DNA from: Candidatus Poribacteria bacterium
GTDB taxonomy: Bacteria; Poribacteria; WGA-4E; WGA-3G
Assembly (NCBI GenBank): GCA_965205025.1
Contig: CBDBFU010000014.1
Coordinates: 196,041-260,040 of the forward strand
Direction: 5' to 3'
Length of the DNA: 64,000 bases
Shown here in pieces: positions 58,751 through 64,000 of the stretch (positions are counted from its first letter, which is position 1; every line of letters starts with the position of its first letter). Below the pieces are notes generated by a model, which saw nothing but the letters and a program-made list of their open reading frames with translations, searched no databases and was not told the DNA's origin. Position numbers and translations under genes: made by a program.

Positions 58751-58974
58751 ACTATAGTTTGGACAATTTCTGAAAGGTGTTTCACCTATTTTTAAAGTGT
58801 TTCTGGTTATTAACCACGTTTCTTACGACAGTCCAACTCTGAGAAAAACAAACTTAGATGCACCTAACAGTAGCCCCAGCGGGGCGAAATGTGTGTAGAA
58901 ACACCATACATCCAAGATCCAAGCCCCAGCGGGGCGAAATGTGTATCGCTAAAAACTGTCCAAACTATAGTAAA
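58751..58974. mobile_element. MITE-like element with 15-16-bp TIRs (CTATAGTTTGGACAA / CTGTCCAAACTATAG) carrying an F1-19nt-F2 palindromic composite
   Basis: TIRs read directly at 58751-58768 and 58953-58974. The interior holds AGCCCCAGCGGGGCGAAATGTGTGTAGAAAC + ACCATACATCCAAGATCCA + AGCCCCAGCGGGGCGAAATGTGTATCGC. It sits between the glutamine synthetase gene and the R-M promoter. Confidence 0.5.
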
Positions 58975-59143
58975 TATAATCTAATGTATAACGGAAACCC
59001 ACACTAATACAAACTCACCCAATTCAATTTTAGTCAATCTCCATAGAAAGAATCGGTATTCATCAATTTTAGTAAATTTATGAATTTATCAATGTAACTA
59101 TAAGAGTTCTTAAACTGTTAATTACGATAACTTATCTTGTATC

Positions 59144-59172
59144 TTGACAATTGCAAATCTGAGTGTTATACT
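59144..59172 (+). promoter_or_regulatory. near-consensus sigma-70 promoter (TTGACA - 17 bp - TATACT) driving the MTase gene
   Basis: TTGACA at 59144-59149, exact 17-bp spacer, TATACT at 59167-59172. The first ATG of the track ORF (59137) lies upstream of this promoter, so translation more likely starts at ATG 59230 (AGGA 7 nt upstream). Confidence 0.6.
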
Positions 59173-59229
59173 CACTTTGTCCAAGAAAAATCCTTCCAAA
59201 ACTATCCTAATTTCATAGTAGGACTTAAA

Positions 59230-60655
59230 ATGTTGCTAAATCTCAAACAAGCAAGTCAATGGGCATCAGACTATCTGAATAAATCCGTCACCACAGCTAA
59301 CATCACTTATCTAATTCAATACGGAAAGATTGACACTATTTCCAATAATGGATCTAAACTAATTCCTTTAGATAGTCTTAAAGAATATTATAGTCAATAT
59401 TGTCGAGAAATGCGTTGGAAAAACGAACTCGGTGAAGACCTTAATTGGGAATTATCTTTCGAAAAATATAAGGAAGCAGAGACTACTAAACATGTCCACC
59501 GTCTACATCCATATAAAGGTAAATTTATACCTCAGTTGGTAGAATATTTTTTAGATCAACATACAGACAACTTTAAGAATGATATATATTTCCAACCAGG
59601 GGATGTTGTGCTTGATCCATTTTGTGGAAGTGGAACAACCTTAGTCCAAGCAAATGAATTAGGTTTACACGCGATAGGCATAGACATTTCTGTTTTTAAT
59701 TCATTCATTAGTAATGCAAAAGTTGAGAATTTCAACCTAACGAAATTGTATGAGGAATCAAAAAAAATAACATCCGCTCTTAAAGTAAAAGTGGCATCCT
59801 CAAATATAGTTGATTTTGATACTAAACTATCCGATATCTTGACAAAATTTAATAATGAGTATTTTCCAATATCCTTCAAAAAACGAGTCAGGAATGGTGA
59901 AATTAATCAAAAGAAATATGGAGCAGAAAAAGAAGCTGCATTTTTAAATACATATCAAAAACTTATAACAGAGTTTGAAATTGATATTCAAATGCCCACT
60001 GATTCAGCACGCTTTATGAAAAAATGGTATCTTCCACGGGTAAAAGCAGAGATAGAATTTGTCTATAATGAAATATGTAAGGTGGAAGATATATCTATAA
60101 AAAACGCTCTAATGCTTATTCTAAGTCGTACTATTCGTTCATGTAGAGCAACAACCCACGCAGATTTAGGCACATTACGGAATCCAGTTACCACAACTTA
60201 CTTTTGTAGAAAACATGGTAAAGTTTGTAAACCACTTTTTTTCAATTTTAGGTTGGTGGGAACGGTATTGTAAGGATAGTATTGAACGATGGAATGAATA
60301 TGGAAAGTTAAAGACGGATACACATCAATATTGTTTAACTGGGGATTCTCGTACAATAAACATCCTAACCATGTTAGAACAGACTAATAAGAAATTAGCA
60401 GAAATTGTTCAGAATAGACGAATAAAAGGTATTTTTACAAGTCCACCTTATGTTGGTTTGATTAATTACCACGAACAACATGCTTATGCTTATGATCTTT
60501 TTGGATTTAAAAGGTTAGACGAATTAGAGATTGGACCTCTCTTTAAAGGAAAGGGTAAAGATGCAAGAGAATCTTATGTCCAAGGTGTCTCAGAAGTTCT
60601 TAGGAACTGTAAACGATTCTTAGCAGATGATTATAATGTCTTTATCGTAGCCTAA
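59230..60655 (+). CDS. alpha-class DNA methyltransferase (N6A or N4C; motif I DPFCGSGTT ... motif IV SPPY), interrupted by a +1 frameshift at a T7 homopolymer (60236-60242)
   Basis: Track ORFs 59137..60273 and 60215..60655 are two frames of one gene. The second frame is open from 60170 and contains 'TSPPYVGLINY'. The only overlap region contains TTTTTTT, and one T fewer (T6) would fuse the frames. This is either phase variation, a sequencing indel, or a recent pseudogene. Confidence 0.6.
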
Positions 60656-60810
60656 TGATAAGTTTAACTTGTATCCAACAATTGCCGAATTAGCTGATAT
60701 GAAGATAATAGATCAACACAAACGTCCGGTCCTAAACCGTACTGAGAAAAATAGAGACACAGCCTATTCGGAGACGATATTTCATTTGAAAGATAATCAG
60801 GTTTGAAGAA

Positions 60811-61581
60811 ATGCTATTACAAAGACGCGAAATGATTAAAGAAAAGATAAAGGAGTGTCTGCGTGATAAATTTCGAGAATATAATCCGGAAACAGACAAT
60901 ATGCCTTTTCATTATCGACTACTCGGAAGAGATAGGATGGCTTTATACTCGTTCATTCATTCAATCAATACCAAATTCGGAATTTCATTTTATGAACCAG
61001 TTGCAATTGCTTTGGCAAAAGAAAGGTTTAAAATAGCAGACACACAAGTTAAACCTGGAGACAAGATAAGTCTTGAAGCACATCAAAGAATACAGACAAT
61101 AATGAACGGGTTAAGTACTGCAGAAAGAAATCCGAACAAGTCATTAGAAATTCAAGAGATAAGGGAAGTCTGTACTTCAGGAAAATTAGAAGACGTTAAA
61201 CTCACTAAAGTTGATGTCTGGTTAGAAACAGATGAAGGTGAATTGTTTCTAATTGACTTTAAAACTGTAAAACCTAACAAAGGTGATTTTCAGAAATTTA
61301 AGAGGACATTACTTGAATGGAGCGCTGCTGAATTAGCAAGAAATCCGGATGGTGTTGTTAATGCTTTAATCGGCATACCATACAATCCTTATGAACCGAA
61401 ACCATATCAACGATGGACTCTTAAGGGTATGTTTGATCTTAAACATGATATATTGATAGCAGAAGATCTATGGGATTTTATTGGTGGACAAGGAAGTTAT
61501 GATGCATTATTGAATGCATTTGAACAAGCAGGGATAGAGTTAAGAAATGAAATTGATGAGTATTTTGCAAATTTTAAATGA
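60811..61581 (+). CDS. putative type II restriction endonuclease (PD-(D/E)xK candidate) partnered with the upstream MTase
   Basis: 256 aa, no other family signal. 'LTKVDVWL...ELFLIDFKTVK' fits a hD ... hhh(D/E)xK core. The size and position downstream of an MTase suggest an R-M pair. Resemblance to the TdeIII family is only a vague recollection. Confidence 0.4.
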   Translation: MLLQRREMIKEKIKECLRDKFREYNPETDNMPFHYRLLGRDRMALYSFIHSINTKFGISFYEPVAIALAKERFKIADTQVKPGDKISLEAHQRIQTIMNGLSTAERNPNKSLEIQEIREVCTSGKLEDVKLTKVDVWLETDEGELFLIDFKTVKPNKGDFQKFKRTLLEWSAAELARNPDGVVNALIGIPYNPYEPKPYQRWTLKGMFDLKHDILIAEDLWDFIGGQGSYDALLNAFEQAGIELRNEIDEYFANFK

Positions 61582-61608
61582 AAATACAAGTTCATTACTC
61601 AATTTAAC

Positions 61609-62352
61609 ATGGAGGACATTATGTCTCAGATAAAATCAGTATTCTTATGGGAAAACCAACGACGGTATATTCGAGAAGCAATAGATGAAGGCACCCTCAA
61701 AGGAGCAATTATACCAACAGGTAGTACAGAACAACACAATGAACACTTGGCAATGTATCACGATACACAAAGTGCAGTCTATGTATCTAAATTGGTCGCT
61801 GAAAAATTGTATCCAAAGGTTGTTGTAACTACACCATTGGCAATTGGGGTTTCAGAACACTGGATGGACCATAAAGGCACACTTACACTTCGCGCGGAAG
61901 TCTTTGGTGAAGTACTATACGATGTAGCTGACAGTATGCGGCGCCACGGAATAGAAAACATATTGATTGTAAATGGCCATGCAGGGAATGCAGGTCCAGT
62001 AACCCAACGATTGGATAGGTATAGAGAAAAACTTGGAATCAACATAGCGTTTCATTCATACTGGGAAGCATATACCAGTGAGTTAGTACAAGAACAGATG
62101 GAATCTGGAGTATGTCCCGGCCATGCTGCAGAATTTGAAACGGCTTTTGCCCTCGCAGCATTTGCAGAAAACGTTGATTGGGATGGGGTTGATTATGATA
62201 GTGCTAAACTAACAATTTCAAACGAAGGACAGGCTCAATCTGATAGAGAATACCATCATCAAGCGAAACTTGCTACAACTGAAAAAGGTCAGGTAATGAT
62301 TGATGTAGCAGTTGATTGGGTTGCTAAAAAAATGCAGAATTTGATGTCATAG
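61609..62352 (+). CDS. creatininase-family amidohydrolase (creatinine amidohydrolase / MftE-like)
   Basis: 'IIPTGSTEQHNEHLAMYHDT' and 'IVNGHAGN' metal-binding motifs; 247 aa. Confidence 0.7.
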   Translation: MEDIMSQIKSVFLWENQRRYIREAIDEGTLKGAIIPTGSTEQHNEHLAMYHDTQSAVYVSKLVAEKLYPKVVVTTPLAIGVSEHWMDHKGTLTLRAEVFGEVLYDVADSMRRHGIENILIVNGHAGNAGPVTQRLDRYREKLGINIAFHSYWEAYTSELVQEQMESGVCPGHAAEFETAFALAAFAENVDWDGVDYDSAKLTISNEGQAQSDREYHHQAKLATTEKGQVMIDVAVDWVAKKMQNLMS

Positions 62353-62377
62353 ATTATATAAAACTTTGTTCATTATG

Positions 62378-62408
62378 AAAGGCGCGTATATTATGCGCGC
62401 CTTCTTAT
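62378..62408. terminator. rho-independent terminator after the creatininase gene; a second GGGGG/CCCCC hairpin at 62448-62480 serves the convergent gene
   Basis: AAAGGCGCGTATA-T-TATGCGCGCCTT + CTTAT; then CCCCCTGATAAGGGGG...GGGGGTTTCTTTAATT. Confidence 0.6.
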
Positions 62409-62529
62409 ACCATTTCTATTTAAATAGTTCACATTACGAATACTCTTAGTAGTCCCCCTGATAAGGGGGATTTAGGGGGTTTCTTTAATTAATAATGGGC
62501 GATCATTATTTAGAAATGGTATTATATTT

Positions 62530-63321
62530 CTAATGACCCTCAAGTGCCTTTCGAAGACCATCACCGTGCTCACGCCACCATCCATATAAGATTGAAATAT
62601 CTGTTCCTATACAGAAATGTCTTACACCCATATCGAGAAATCGTTTTGCCCCATCAGCACTACCAATTTCCGCACGAGGGGGTACACCCATCTCTAAAGC
62701 TGTTTTAAATACTTTCATCTCTGTATCTTGGATTTCTTGTGAACCCCGCTGACCTACCTTCCCAATACTCATAGAATAATCTGATCCACCCCACTGAATC
62801 ATATCTACGCCATCAACAGATAACACCTCTTCAAGATTCTCAACTGTTCCTTTCTTCTCAATCATAATGACTACGACAACATCTCTTAAGGCTTGTACGT
62901 ATTCCGGACCACCACCATATCCCATATACGAAAAACGCCTTGTCGCAACACCATAACTACCCCCATCTTCAGGCGTATCTGCTCTTGTTATCTTTACACA
63001 TTCTTTTACATCATCAACATTTTGACAATCCGCATAGAGAACACTTTGGAAACCGGATCCGATAGCGCGTTGAGCAATGAATCCGCGCGGCTCCTGGTCA
63101 ACTTTGATCATTGTTGAAATGTTATGTAGTTCTGCTGCTCTACACAGATTATCCAAATCGTGGAGATCAAAGGGTCCGTATTCTCCTACAAATTCTACAT
63201 AATCATACATTCCTGTATGACCTATGGCTTCAACAATTGAGGGCCATGTCGTATGAATATGTGTTCCGACAGTAGGTTTGTCAGCATTGAGTAATTCTCG
63301 AAAGGTATTTTCTCTCATCAA
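62530..63321 (-). CDS. HpcH/HpaI-family aldolase
   Basis: 263 aa (beta/alpha)8-like; 'MIKVDQEPRGFIAQRAIGSGFQSVLYADC', 'FCIGTDISILYGW'. Family call at moderate confidence. Confidence 0.5.
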   Translation of the reverse strand: MMRENTFRELLNADKPTVGTHIHTTWPSIVEAIGHTGMYDYVEFVGEYGPFDLHDLDNLCRAAELHNISTMIKVDQEPRGFIAQRAIGSGFQSVLYADCQNVDDVKECVKITRADTPEDGGSYGVATRRFSYMGYGGGPEYVQALRDVVVVIMIEKKGTVENLEEVLSVDGVDMIQWGGSDYSMSIGKVGQRGSQEIQDTEMKVFKTALEMGVPPRAEIGSADGAKRFLDMGVRHFCIGTDISILYGWWREHGDGLRKALEGH

Positions 63322-63398
63322 TCTTCCTTTTCTATAATAATACCATTTCTGGTAATTAAAGTCTCATTAATAGAATCTCTTTAATGTAGCACAAACTG

Positions 63399-63741
63399 TA
63401 TGAAGATTAACTTTTTAAATCGGTAATTCTAATTCCACAGACCCGGTATGCGGGGAATGCTAAATAGCATTCATACCGTTGATTTCTTGAGTCCCGTAGG
63501 GACGGAATGTCTATAGCAAAGGTATATATCCACATAATTGAGTCCCGTAGGGACGGAATGTGTATTGAAGTCGTTATCGCCAATATCCTAAGCCCCAGCG
63601 GGGCGAAAGGTGTGTAGAAAACGTACTAAACCACTAAACCTAAGCCCCGGTGAATGCCATAAGGCATTCATACCGTTGATTTGCGGGGCGAAAGGTGTAT
63701 CCTTAACCCGTATAATACCGAATTAATATATTAATCTTCAT
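63399..63741. mobile_element. family-B MITE (TIR TATGAAGATTAAC / TTAATCTTCATTTA) carrying nested D, E, E, F1, F(D-split) units, inserted into a family-A hairpin; the matching empty site is at 63875-63901
   Basis: Flanks 'GTAGCACAAACTG' (63386-63398) and 'GTTTGTGCAG' (63743-63752) are the two halves of the intact hairpin 'GTAGCACAAACTTTCCAGTTTGTGCAC' found 120 bp downstream (63875-63901). Confidence 0.6.
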
Positions 63742-64000
63742 TTAGTTTGTGCAGTATTTCAAGCCATGCATAAAAAATGTTGATGGGATAAACATTTTTA
63801 GAAATGGTATAACGCCAGTTTGATAATAAATATGTCAGCTCGATAAATAGTATTTTGTCCTGAGAATAGTCTTTGTAGCACAAACTTTCCAGTTTGTGCA
63901 CTCTGGTGTAAACTAAAAGTTTGGGTTACAATGTGTCTTATCAAACTCACGTCATAATAATTAAACGATCTACAACTTGTGATAGTAAAAATCTAATGGT

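Noticed and set aside
58866-58935. Possible mini-CRISPR arrays (repeat AAGCCCCAGCGGGGCGAAATGTGT... with 18-19-nt 'spacers') at 58866-58935, 57045-57135, 63590-63705 and 11875-12135
   Set aside because: Only two repeat copies per locus. The spacers are 18-19 nt, too short. The inter-repeat segments are homologous between loci rather than unique. The repeats are themselves split by other palindromic units, and there are no cas genes in 64 kb. These are REP/BIME-like composites, not CRISPR.
59137-59229. N-terminal extension of the MTase ORF starting at ATG 59137
   Set aside because: ATG 59137 lies upstream of the near-consensus promoter (-35 at 59144), so it would not be on the transcript. ATG 59230 has an AGGA at the right spacing.

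Overview
The window is AT-rich bacterial chromosome (roughly 38-40% GC by eye) with about 50 protein genes, three tRNAs and no rRNA or CRISPR-Cas genes. The inferred host is a TPR/WD40-rich, sulfatase/ThuA/Gfo-Idh-MocA-bearing environmental bacterium, consistent with a Planctomycetes/Verrucomicrobia-like lifestyle, but no phylum call is possible from sequence alone. Housekeeping islands are argH-pyrF, folD, truA, cysC, a peroxiredoxin, the mutS2-dnaG-rpoD block, tRNA-Gly, tRNA-Met, tRNA-Val and thiG, plus a GlnA-family glutamine synthetase. Between them sits accessory-looking material. There are three secreted WD40/beta-propeller proteins, one of them fused to a trypsin-like protease. There are four large TPR proteins, an ECF sigma/anti-sigma pair next to a module of secreted CBM9-like and PQQ-propeller proteins, an SpoIVB(S55)-like lipoprotein with an acidic 18-aa tandem repeat, and a fused HI0074-MNT nucleotidyltransferase right after the tRNA pair. 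A gamma-class N6A methyltransferase lies at the window edge. A second R-M-like pair (alpha-class MTase plus a PD-(D/E)xK candidate nuclease) has its MTase split by a +1 frameshift exactly at a T7 homopolymer. The most unusual sequence-level feature is a multi-family population of small palindromic REP/BIME/MITE-like elements, with at least six recognisable unit types. They sit inserted inside each other's loops, matryoshka-style, in the large intergenic regions at 1.6-3.6 kb, 11.4-12.3 kb, 56.5-57.4 kb, 58.75-59.0 kb and 63.4-63.9 kb. One filled site (63386-63752) and its matching empty site (63875-63901) are both present in the window. Three secreted proteins also share a near-identical extreme C-terminal motif K[LI][AT]TTW[GS]x[IV]K that I cannot assign to a known sorting signal.
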